From the NCBI RefSeq assembly GCF_001194135.2, contig NC_068983.1, forward strand, positions 51,647,333 to 51,693,341: a stretch of DNA of 46,009 nucleotides, in the 5' to 3' direction. Position 1 is the stretch's first letter; every line of letters begins with the position of its first letter. The position numbers and the translations under genes are program-made. The notes below the pieces were generated by a model. That model saw only the letters and a list, made by a program, of their open reading frames with translations. It ran no database searches and was not told the origin of the DNA. This document shows, piece after piece, positions 24,651-35,414 of the stretch. This DNA comes from Octopus bimaculoides (lineage: Eukaryota).

Positions 24651-26828
24651 ATGCGTAAATAGTGGTAACACTGAAAAGAACAAGAATGATTACCACTACA
24701 ACATACACAACAATTCTAAAAACCATAATTAGTAATGATTTCATGGAATGCCCACATGACCCCAAGATATTAAGGGTATTATAAACGGAAAACATACAAC
24801 TAAAAAATAAATAAAAATGCGGGCTTTATATCGATCAAATTAATTTAACAATACTGAAAGATATAACACGAATATAGCCAGAAATATAAAGATTAAATGC
24901 CAGCATCAATTTCAAGAACAAAATAATTTCTACAATGTGGCGATATTACGAGGACATTTTACAAGAAAACCTACATAAACGTCCCTGATTGTAAAGCATC
25001 GAACGACGCAGCCTCCGGTTTCTTTCCTCTTAGAAAGACCTATTCATTTAAACTTAAACATTTTCCCACATATTTCTAGTCTTTATAGAACACGCTACAC
25101 ACTTAAAATACCTGGTATAATGAAGCATAATAACATTACCACACCAGTCCAAAGATCTATAAATTGTCAACAAAATTTTGCTTTGCACTAATAATTTTTT
25201 GTTACATCTAAACACCTTCAGGCATGAACGGTTTATCGCTTTGCTAGCATAGTCGCTCTCATTCATTAGATAATTCTAATTAGGAAAACAAAATAGTCTG
25301 AAGGAAAAAGATTCGCATCCTATTTACGTGGTGCCTGAATAGGATGATGACTCTTTGAGAAAGATAATAATCTGTAACATAGTCCACGAAGATTTCTATT
25401 TCACCCTTCACCTCAACCCTGTCGAAAAATTACATGACAGTTGTCTCCCAATAATATTTATCTACTGTCACTCAGAAAAGGGCTGAGTGGAAGCTGTCAT
25501 TTGTTTGTAGCTAACACTTATTTTGTTTCTGCGATGTGCTATTGTCTGACCACCAAACCGTACACGAGTAGACATCCCATTCAAACAGTAGTGAATGCTT
25601 GATTATTTTTCAGACCCCGAACAGATAATTCTAATTAGGAGAGTTATTTGTGAATAATACTTACAGTGTTGTGTCCCGTGACGTTGTAGCCTATGATGAA
25701 AAAGTATACGCTGAATCTGGCACAGTAGATATACCTAGAGAAAAATTATAATGTTGGCGAGCAAATGTCATTCCTAGTTCGACATTCTGCCAGAAGCCCA
25801 TCCTACGTCAAACGTAATCTAAGACAGTGTGTTTGGAAGCTGCAGTTTAACATGTACTGACTGTACCCAACAATGTGGACAATAGGGAAGTCAACATAAT
25901 TTAAAGGGTAGGCTAGTATTGTGATGATGTGAGAACAATTGAAGTCACCGATGAAAAATCTAAGGAAACTACGGGAATATTAACAATTCGCTATCTTTTT
26001 TTCTTTTTAATAATTGACAAAGAATTAACCTAGCGGTGCAAAGATTGATCTATGATAGTGCATGTTCAGGGAGAAAGAAATTGTGAAACTGTTTCAGGTT
26101 GATATGTTATTGACGGGTGATTTTTGCATTCTAGAAAATATTGCGTAAGATGTGTAATGTTAGTGAATTTTTTGCCAAATGGATATACTTATGATAGTAT
26201 CTTAGTGGTTTGCACCAACTCAGTCCATTTTGTAGGTTTTGCTTCTAATTCTATGTTATATGGTTTTTGCTATTAATATTTACTTACCTATTGCTATGAA
26301 TTTATTGTTACTGTTAAAGAGAAATCTCTAATCGAGATAATTTCCCTATTCTGATTTCGACTTTCTGTTTCATATATGTACTGTCCTCAACGTCACAGGA
26401 ATCTGTAACCAATAAAAGAAATAATTAAAATTACAGCAGATATATATACTAATGAGATCGTGTGTAAGTGAAAGGTTAGATAAATTTACCTCAACTGATA
26501 AATAACATGAAAGAATACAAGCAACACTCTAATATACATGAATTCTGAATAGCTAATCATCCATGGACATAGAAGTTTGATTAACGAGTTAAATGATACG
26601 ACCTACGAACTGTGGTTTATGCTGTGGTTCTCAATTCCTATTGAAACTGGAAAACGTGTGCTTAACAATGTGGCATCGTAACAATAATCTTTGCGGCTAT
26701 TCATTCTGTTCACATACAGAGCACTTACAAATTATGATGGTTGGTGATATATCTGGCACATACACAAAAAAGAAATGCACAAACAATTATACATATATCG
26801 ATACGCACACATACACACATATATTTAA

Positions 26829-26975
26829 GCCGAAGCGTCACTGAGTAGTAAGAAGCTTACTTCCGAACCTCATGGTTCTGGGTTCAGTTCTACTGCATTT
26901 CAGTTCGGGCAAATGTTTTCTACTATAGCCACGGGCGGACCGAAGCCTTACAAATGAAATGGTAGACGGAAATTA
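26829..26975 (+). mobile_element. tRNA-derived SINE, family A, 5' half
   Basis: GTAAGAAGCTTACTTCCGAACCTCATGGTTCTGGGTTCAGTTCTACTGC...GGGCAAATGTTTTCTACTATAGCCACGGGCGGACCGAAGCC...GGTAGACGGAAA. Confidence 0.82.
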
Positions 26976-27149
26976 CGTACATGCCTNNNNNNNNNNNNNN
27001 NNNNNNNNNNNNNNNNNNNNNNNNNNNNNNNNNNNNNNNNNNNNNNNNNNNNNNNNNNACATGCCTTGTATATATATATATATATATATGAACCTGAAAT
27101 TTACAGAAAAACAAAAGAAGATTAGTTTGACGCTGGGGAAGGTGAGAAT

Positions 27150-27188
27150 GTCTTTTACGTTTCAAGCCTACGCCCTTCAACACAATGG
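27150..27188 (-). ncRNA. Second copy of the minimal hammerhead-like motif (decayed)
   Basis: Minus strand reads CCAUU-GUGUUGA-A-GGGC GUAG GCUU-GAAA-CG-UA-AAAGAC. The ACGU palindrome and GUA site are intact; C3 is mutated to G. Confidence 0.45.
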
Positions 27189-27356
27189 AACATGATCAAA
27201 TGATATGAGAGAATGAAAAAACTTGTGGCACCATGTGTGTATAAAGTTTCACCGTTTTATATTCTTTTTATTTCCCACATGCATGTTGTCTGTTTTTCGT
27301 TTTGTCAGCTACACAGAATAGTAGGAATAGGCACCGTCTGGGATAAAGATAGTACT

Positions 27357-27979
27357 ATGAATGAATTCGCTCAGCCAGAAATTCAGAAAGGGCATGCTAT
27401 ACTGCTTCTCATTTGTTCTAGAAGCTCTAATATGAACATTTCAGAATGTCTGCGTGTCAATCTGAGGACAGTGCAATCTGAGGACAGTGCAATCTGAGGA
27501 CAGTTCAATCTGAGGACAGTGCAATCTGAGAACAGTGCAATCTGAGGACATTGCAATCTGAGGACAGTGCAGTTTGAGGACATGTACAGAGTGTGATAAA
27601 AATCAAACATCCATTCAACGTCATGGTGTCTAGAGTGACCACTAGTGATGGCGATGTTATGCCTCTATTCATCTTCCCACACGGCCTCACACTCAACACT
27701 GAGGCCTGAATCAAGTGCTTGGAGGATGTAGTGCTGCCCTAGTTCGAGAAGGTGCTTGCTTGAAGAGACTCTGCAACAGGCCTCTGCACCATGCCACACA
27801 AACAGGAGAACTTAGTCATGGCTGTCAGACAATTTCTGCGTCCAAATCACCTCTAACATCTGGCCACCTAACTCCCCAGACGGCAACCATGTGTAGGGCG
27901 CATTTGAGCGAGAGACCAAGAAAACTCCTTGTAACACCAAAGAGGAACTGAAGGCAAGGATTATTACAGCATTCACCAA
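27357..27979 (+). mobile_element. Tc1/mariner-superfamily transposase pseudogene with an internal deletion, running into a gap
   Basis: N-terminus MNEFAQPEIQKGHAILLLICSRSSNMNISECLRVNLRTVQ (HTH-like), then KHPFNVMV..TSDGDVMPLFIFPHGL, QQASAPCH, WPPNSPDGN and ETKKTPCNTKEELKARI, with several stop codons. Confidence 0.85.
27458..27585. repeat. 16-bp minisatellite CAATCTGAGGACAGTG x7 plus one degenerate unit
   Basis: Units start at 27458, 27474, 27490, 27506, 27522, 27538, 27554 and 27570. Confidence 0.97.
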
Positions 27980-28862
27980 NNNNNNNNNNNNNNNNNNNNN
28001 NNNNNNNNNNNNNNNNNNNNNNNNNNNNNNNNNNNNNNNNNNNNNNNNNNNNNNNNNNNNNNNNNNNNNNNNNNNNNNNNNNNNNNNNNNNNNNNNNNNN
28101 NNNNNNNNNNNNNNNNNNNNNNNNNNNNNNNNNNNNNNNNNNNNNNNNNNNNNNNNNNNNNNNNNNNNNNNNNNNNNNNNNNNNNNNNNNNNNNNNNNNN
28201 NNNNNNNNNNNNNNNNNNNNNNNNNNNNNNNNNNNNNNNNNNNNNNNNNNNNNNNNNNNNNNNNNNNNNNNNNNNNNNNNNNNNNNNNNNNNNNNNNNNN
28301 NNNNNNNNNNNNNNNNNNNNNNNNNNNNNNNNNNNNNNNNNNNNNNNNNNNNNNNNNNNNNNNNNNNNNNNNNNNNNNNNNNNNNNNNNNNNNNNNNNNN
28401 NNNNNNNNNNNNNNNNNNNNNNNNNNNNNNNNNNNNNNNNNNNNNNNNNNNNNNNNNNNNNNNNNNNNNNNNNNNNNNNNNNNNNNNNNNNNNNNNNNNN
28501 NNNNNNNNNNNNNNNNNNNNNNNNNNNNNNNNNNNNNNNNNNNNNNNNNNNNNNNNNNNNNNNNNNNNNNNNNNNNNNNNNNNNNNNNNNNNNNNNNNNN
28601 NNNNNNNNNNNNNNNNNNNNNNNNNNNNNNNNNNNNNNNNNNNNNNNNNNNNNNNNNNNNNNNNNNNNNNNNNNNNNNNNNNNNNNNNNNNNNNNNNNNN
28701 NNNNNNNNNNNNNNNNNNNNNNNNNNNNNNNNNNNNNNNNNNNNNNNNNNNNNNNNNNNNNNNNNNNNNNNNNNNNNNNNNNNNNNNNNNNNNNNNNNNN
28801 NNNNNNNNNNNNNNNNNNNNNNNNNNNNNNNNNNNNNNNNNNNNNNNNNNNNNNNNNNNNNN

Positions 28863-28903
<41 letters not shown>

Positions 28904-31418
28904 AAAATTCAGACCATATTTGTTGTTACTATGGGCTCTTTCATTCATATTCATAATACCCAGGCAAATGTTAATAAACATATAGAATATACACTCATCA
29001 ACACGATCAGGAAGATTCACACCGAAATCTTTAAAGCCTAGAGCTGTCTCATTGCGTGGTATTTTGGACCGATGTGTCTTTCAATGATCTCGACAGATGA
29101 AAATTGTTTGGAGACCCAATGGCTAGAGTGCATCAATAATTCAATAAGCTTTTCAGGTAGTGTCACGATCATTCTACTTAAATGTAACTTTAACTGTAGC
29201 AGTGACTGTGGAATGCTGAATCATATTTAAGTCTTAAAGTCTAAAAACATGGTTGAATTATTTCATTGGGCGTCTATAAATGCCTTATCACACACACACG
29301 AACCAGGAAAGGCTCAAGAAACATAATTATAAGGGATAAAAAAAGAGCAATTAATTTCGTGAAAGAAGAGAAGCCAATAAGAAGATCAAGAAGGATACAT
29401 AGCTTATTCATTGATCCTAATCATGAGATATGAAGGTGGGCCTGGGGGAGAGACTACGGTTTCCACAGGTCGTTCTCACAAGGCTGAGATTAGATATGGT
29501 TCCCCACTTTGAAAACAGAATGAAAAATTATCTTGATCTAGCTTACAGTCCGTTGGGAAGAAGGGTGCGATCAGACCTACGAATTGACGTGTGCCAAGTA
29601 CTAGGTCCTTCTCCAGGATTGCAGGACGAAAAAAGTGGAGTTTGCCTGCAGTGTGTTCTCTGCCCTGTCGGTATGGAGTAAGGTTATAGTCATTGAAATG
29701 AAAGGAAAGATGTCAATAGTGGCTGTGCGCAGGATGGGAGAATATCTGAAAGAGCCTCTTTTTTGTTATTGAGCGAGAGAGAAGAGTTAAACTGGAAGCC
29801 AAGAGATGGGAAGAGTGATCTGATCGCCTCTGCTCACCTACCAATGGGAGGGCGTTAAAGTTTAAAAAAAATTATACTAATGTGTCCTTGTAGTTTAAAC
29901 ATTTTGTATTTTGTATTTTGTAATAATTGCATTGTTCAATTCAACGGCGTCACCTAGGGCGGTCGTACTGCAGTAGTACCTGATATCCTGTCTCTTATTT
30001 TGATTTTATTCAACTTACTTCGGGTTGCGCGGATAAAAGCAGAGTGACTTGGTTCNNNNNNNNNNNNNNNNNNNNNNNNNNNNNNNNNNNNNNNNNNNNN
30101 NNNNNNNNNNNNNNNNNNNNNNNNNNNNNNNNNNNNNNNNNNNNNNNNNNNNNNNNNNNNNNNNNNNNNNNNNNNNNNNNNNNNNNNNNNNNNNNNNNNN
30201 NNNNNNNNNNNNNNNNNNNNNNNNNNNNNNNNNNNNNNNNNNNNNNNNNNNNNNNNNNNNNNNNNNNNNNNNNNNNNNNNNNNNNNNNNNNNNNNNNNNN
30301 NNNNNNNNNNNNNNNNNNNNNNNNNNNNNNNNNNNNNNNNNNNNNNNNNNNNNNNNNNNNNNNNNNNNNNNNNNNNNNNNNNNNNNNNNNNNNNNNNNNN
30401 NNNNNNNNNNNNNNNNNNNNNNNNNNNNNNNNNNNNNNNNNNNNNNNNNNNNNNNNNNNNNNNNNNNNNNNNNNNNNNNNNNNNNNNNNNNNNNNNNNNN
30501 NNNNNNNNNNNNNNNNNNNNNNNNNNNNNNNNNNNNNNNNNNNNNNNNNNNNNNNNNNNNNNNNNNNNNNNNNNNNNNNNNNNNNNNNNNNNNNNNNNNN
30601 NNNNNNNNNNNNNNNNNNNNNNNNNNNNNNNNNNNNNNNNNNNNNNNNNNNNNNNNNNNNNNNNNNNNNNNNNNNNNNNNNNNNNNNNNNNNNNNNNNNN
30701 NNNNNNNNNNNNNNNNNNNNNNNNNNNNNNNNNNNNNNNNNNNNNNNNNNNNNNNNNNNNNNNNNNNNNNNNNNNNNNNNNNNNNNNNNNNNNNNNNNNN
30801 NNNNNNNNNNNNNNNNNNNNNNNNNNNNNNNNNNNNNNNNNNNNNNNNNNNNNNNNNNNNNNNATATATATATATATATATATATATAAAAGAAACGGAT
30901 AGAGACAGACAACAGGAAAAAATATATCGTGAGGATGTGGTACATGTAAAGTATTAATACGACGCTCAGAGAAGGAAAGATCGAATGGTTGTTATACGTC
31001 TCGAGCAAAGATCCTCTTCGAAAACACGAAACAAAGGAAAGTCCGAAAGAAAAAAGAGTAGGAAAAAATCGCCAACACTCTACGTGTAGTTATATTTTGG
31101 AATCATATATGTACAATATATATGTGCGTACCCTTATACGCACGTGTGTGCCCTTGTTTGTGTTAGCGTGCAGTGTGTCATTGTTAGATGTAAAGTTATA
31201 TACACATCACATAAAATATGTATGAGTGTAAGTTAACGTAATGTGACTGACGTGGAAGGACGCCAGAGAACGGCAGAGATTAACCAGATATATAAATCAT
31301 TAAGTGTGTAAAACTTGAAGTCTGTATCGTTGTAATGGCTTAAGGATATATTCTCGTTTCTATTGTTCATCATTATAAGGGGTATTGATCTCTACAGTAA
31401 AGATGGTTTGTTTCTCGG

Positions 31419-31557
31419 TGATGATGAGAATGATGGCGAAGATGACGAAGTCGGTGACAGCAAAAGTATTGATGTTGATGAAAGTTATGACGATGACGAC
31501 CAGTATGATGATACAGGTAAATGCAATGATGATGATGATGACGACGACGACGACAAC

Positions 31558-31602
<45 letters not shown>
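31419..31602. repeat. (GAT)n trinucleotide microsatellite with degenerate 5' part
   Basis: Pure GAT run at about 31556-31602, with GAC/GAT mixtures upstream. Confidence 0.95.
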
Positions 31603-31603
<1 letters not shown>

Positions 31604-31639
31604 GTTGTGATGGGCTTCTTATATTTTACCCCAGTGTCA

Positions 31640-31685
31640 CAAGATGAGGACAAATATCCGTCAATTGTAAATATTGTAAATAATG
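31640..31685 (+). mobile_element. Isolated 3' tail of SINE family C
   Basis: 43 of 46 nt identical to 42838-42883 (CAAGATGAGGACAAATATCC...TGTAAATAATG). Confidence 0.75.
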
Positions 31686-31811
31686 TATGTAGTTCCTCAT
31701 CTCTTAAATATCGAAATTTAAAACAAAATATGTGCATAAAATTTCCTATCAGTTAAGATCAGAAGCCATGAGAGCCACACTTAGTACTGCATCAGGGCAT
31801 TTATTATTATT

Positions 31812-32005
31812 CGAGCTGGCAGAATCGTTAGCACGCTGGGCAAATGCTTAGCGTTATTTCGCCTGTTGCTATGATCTGAGTTCAAATTCCACTGAGGTTG
31901 ACTTTGCCTTTCATCCTTCGGGGTCGATAAAATATGTACCAGTTGAAATCTGGGGGTCGATATAATCGACTCTCCCTCCCCCAATATTAATACCCTTGTG
32001 GCATT
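31812..32005 (+). mobile_element. tRNA-derived SINE, family B, near full length
   Basis: CGAGCTGGCAGAATCGTTAGCACGCTGGG...CTGAGTTCAAATTCCACTGAGGTTGACTTTGCCTTTCATCCTTCGGGGTCGATAAAAT. Confidence 0.88.
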
Positions 32006-34589
32006 AATATTATTATTCTTGTTATTTCTGAATTGGTGAATGTGATGCGAAAAAAGGATATTTTAATGTGGTTTTAACATACAGTATACAAATTAAAAAT
32101 TATTATGGATATAATTGTATGGAAGTTATACTGGAATTTTATTATTCGTACAAGTGAAATGTATAGTCATGAAGGCAATAACAGATATTATAATAAATCC
32201 AAATGTCTTCTGTCTTAGAGCTTGCCAAATTGTTTCAGCGTTTCCCAAAATAACTGAATATCAATTGTAAGGATTCAGAGACTGATTCAGAAACTATAGA
32301 ATTTCTGTATAGAACACTTCATTGAGTTTTGAAATATGAAGTTTAAATTAAATTTTCTTCCATGATAGGGATGCTTTTGCGTCTGTCATTTCGTTGACGA
32401 TTATAATGATGGCTATCATAATTATGAAAACTGAACTATTGTTAAAACCTTATAGTAGGGAAAAAAATATGACGTGGAGAAGAGGTGTGGTAAAAGGGCA
32501 TGATATTTGGAAAAACCTTATAGAAACAAATTAAGGAAGGAATATTCTTATTAATAACTTACACATTTGTTAAACATGTAATTTGTGACATTGATATTTT
32601 TGATAGATTAATCTTCACATTCATATTCATTAATCAGTGGAACACAGAAATGGTTGTGTATAAATATGGTTTTCAGCAGGCTTCATATATTGTGCATGGA
32701 AATTTCGTCACTGATAAAAATATTAATCCGGGTGTTTCATATGTTAATTTCAAACTACGCTTTGTGATAAGAAATTATTTCTTAAACAAATCAGAAATAA
32801 CAACGACGGTATACCATGTTTAAGGGATACGACGTATGCTGAATCTTGATAGAATAGTATATTCACTATGTTTATTGAAATGCTTACAAACTAACTTACA
32901 TATAGACATTTGTTTGTGTACGTATACATGTGTCTGTGTGTGTACTTGTGGGTGATTATATATTTGTAGAACGTTATGCATCTGCACACATTATAAACGA
33001 ACGCGATGCCTCTAGCGTAGAATTCTATGATTGTGAGTAGATTTGTTACTAGGCTTCTCTGCGAGTAAACAATTTTGTTTCACTAGTCGACGAGAGCTTA
33101 GTTATTAATCTATAGTTGTCTATAGGTCCTTGTTCCTGCCTACCAGCTGTACATCGCCTACGACATTCAGAAGTGCCGTCATTGAAACCTGTAATAATTC
33201 AGACTGAGTTTTCAAGCAAGTTTCACACAAACGTGAAAGCAAGTACTGCTATGCCGAAAATATTTAGTCAGAATTCTACAGTTCAAAGACATAGAATCTT
33301 TGCTATTGCAGATGTGTAAAATATACTTTACACCCTGTCCATCCAAAGAAGATCTCAGATTATTATAATAAGCAGTGACTTCCTTGACAACTTCCCGAAG
33401 GAAAATGGTGTCCATTAGCAAAGGAGAACAGATATATATCCATATATAGCCATGAAGTATTTTGCGAAGACGAATCACTTTCGGATGAATATGAACTTAT
33501 TTCCTATCTAAAGTTTTGGCACGAGACGCAACCTACATTCTTCTAAATTTGAGGTCTTCACAGCTGCATAAAAGAAGGGGATCAGTATGTTGACATTGGT
33601 GATGGCTATGTAAAAAAGGACCAATAGTTATACCAAGTTTTTTCTTCTCTCAGTTCTTGGGCAGTGGGTCAGGAGAATTTTTTAATGAACACTCCACGTA
33701 TTCACATATATACATATACATACGTGTGGGTATGTGTGTACGCACACACATACGCACACACACATATATATATATATATAGATATATATATATATACATA
33801 TATANNNNNNNNNNNNNNNNNNNNNNNNNNNNNNNNNNNNNNNNNNNNNNNNNNNNNNNNNNNNNNNNNNNNNNNNNNNNNNNNNNNNNNNNNNNNNNNN
33901 NNNNNNNNNNNNNNNNNNNNNNNNNNNNNNNNNNNNNNNNNNNNNNNNNNNNNNNNNNNNNNNNNNNNNNNNNNNNNNNNNNNNNNNNNNNNNNNNNNNN
34001 NNNNNNNNNNNNNNNNNNNNNNNNNNNNNNNNNNNNNNNNNNNNNNNNNNNNNNNNNNNNNNNNNNNNNNNNNNNNNNNNNNNNNNNNNNNNNNNNNNNN
34101 NNNNNNNNNNNNNNNNNNNNNNNNNNNNNNNNNNNNNNNNNNNNNNNNNNNNNNNNNNAGTTTGGGTTTGAAATACACAGTATGTATATATATGTATACA
34201 TACAAAACGAGAGAAATAAGAAGTGGAGACTTTTAGACGATGAATATTCAAGTAAATTCATATAGTTATTTATATTAATAGATCCGAGTTACACAAAGCA
34301 CAACCGACAAAGAAAATTAATGGGGAAGAATTAAGGTGTATAAGCCCAACAGCTGCGTCTGTGGGTCTGATATCTATCATGATGTTAAATAGAGTAGGGT
34401 CTGTTAAGCGTAAGGCCGTGTGTTGCAGTATATTTATGTGTTGTGGGCCTGAATTTTTGAGGAGGCGTATGGCACGTGGCCCCAGCCTTGGATGAATCCT
34501 GAATTTCATGTTAAAGTCATTTCGGCAATGCTCGTGGCATATTCTCCATATTGTACAACTGATGTAGTAATCACGATGACGTCACGCAC

Positions 34590-34592
<3 letters not shown>

Positions 34593-34642
<50 letters not shown>
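34593..34642. repeat. (TA)25 microsatellite
   Basis: Perfect run. Confidence 0.97.
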
Positions 34643-34646
<4 letters not shown>

Positions 34647-34684
34647 GACGAAATATAAACCGATAGGCATGGAGAATGAAAGTA

Positions 34685-34755
34685 AGACAGAGAGAAGGAT
34701 AGAGTGAGAGAGAGAGAGACAGAGAGAGATAGACAGAGAGAGAAAGAGAGAGAGA
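34685..34755. repeat. Imperfect (GA)n microsatellite
   Basis: Seen directly in sequence. Confidence 0.9.
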
Positions 34756-35287
34756 AAACCAGGAATCGGCAGATATATTGAAAAGCAAATTAAAGATAGT
34801 CGTCATACATTTGGATGGAAGAATATTTTCATATATCTGTTAATGTGAATGCATTAACAATTTAATATCTTAAAATTTATTTGGTGTAAAATGTGATAAG
34901 CAATATATTATTGCTGAAATAAATCGAAATTCACATTTATCAATTTAACTGACATCAAACATGAAAGATCAGAACACTTTAATCGCCCTTACATCAGAAA
35001 ATATAATTTAATATTTCTTCTCCTTATCTAGAGTCTCTTCTCAAATGGAGTCATAACATAACACATTGTGTTGGAGAAATCCTTCATTAAGTTTTATATT
35101 TTTGTTACACTTGCAATTTTATTCGTGTTTCTTCATAGGTCTTGACTTATATTCGAAAATGTATTGAGGAAACACAGAAAGATAACATTGACCTTGAGTT
35201 TTCCATCCTGGATAAGAACAGTTCTACATTTTTAGTTACTTTATTTTTGTCATTATTCTTTGTCATTATTTGTGTTATTATGCTAAG

Positions 35288-35414
35288 AAGGCGGCGAGCA
35301 GGCAAAATTATAAGCACGCCAGGCAAAATGCCTGGCGGCATTTCGTCCGTCTTTAACGTTATGAATTGAGATTCCTCCGAGGTCGAATTTGCCTTTCATC
35401 CTTTCGAGGTCGAA
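35288..35414 (+). mobile_element. tRNA-derived SINE, family B, 5' part, directly joined to a LINE
   Basis: AAGGCGGCGAGCAGGCAAAATTATAAGCACGCCAGGCAAAATGC...CCGAGGTCGAATTTGCCTTTCATCCTTTCGAGGTCGA. The family 3' part is missing. Confidence 0.85.

Noticed and set aside
25054-25266. 70-aa minus ORF with LTIYRSL, faintly like a CR1/L2 RT C-terminus
   Set aside because: The similarity is too weak to support a call.
27458-27585. Regular short repeat resembling a CRISPR array
   Set aside because: Units are head-to-tail with no unique spacers, there are no cas genes, and the context is eukaryotic.
29430-29860. GC-richer island, possibly a decayed LINE endonuclease on the minus strand
   Set aside because: Only vague similarity; no diagnostic motif (GDFN, SDH) is intact.
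31360-31756. Poly-Asp, poly-Met and poly-Ile ORFs
   Set aside because: Read-through of the (GAT)n microsatellite in several frames and on both strands, with no domain or splice support.
33144-33188. 45-nt AG...GT-bounded minus segment (VSMTALLNVVGDVQL or GFNDGTSECRRRCTA); similar candidates at 23906-23950 (EHILLQAIAYLFSI), 25665-25690 and about 9294-9398
   Set aside because: Such short stop-free segments with splice dinucleotides are expected by chance in 40 kb, and they could not be chained into a recognisable protein.
6000-34265. Long ORFs of 100-400 aa in the supplied track that consist mostly of X
   Set aside because: Artefacts of translating N runs and the flanking dinucleotide repeats.
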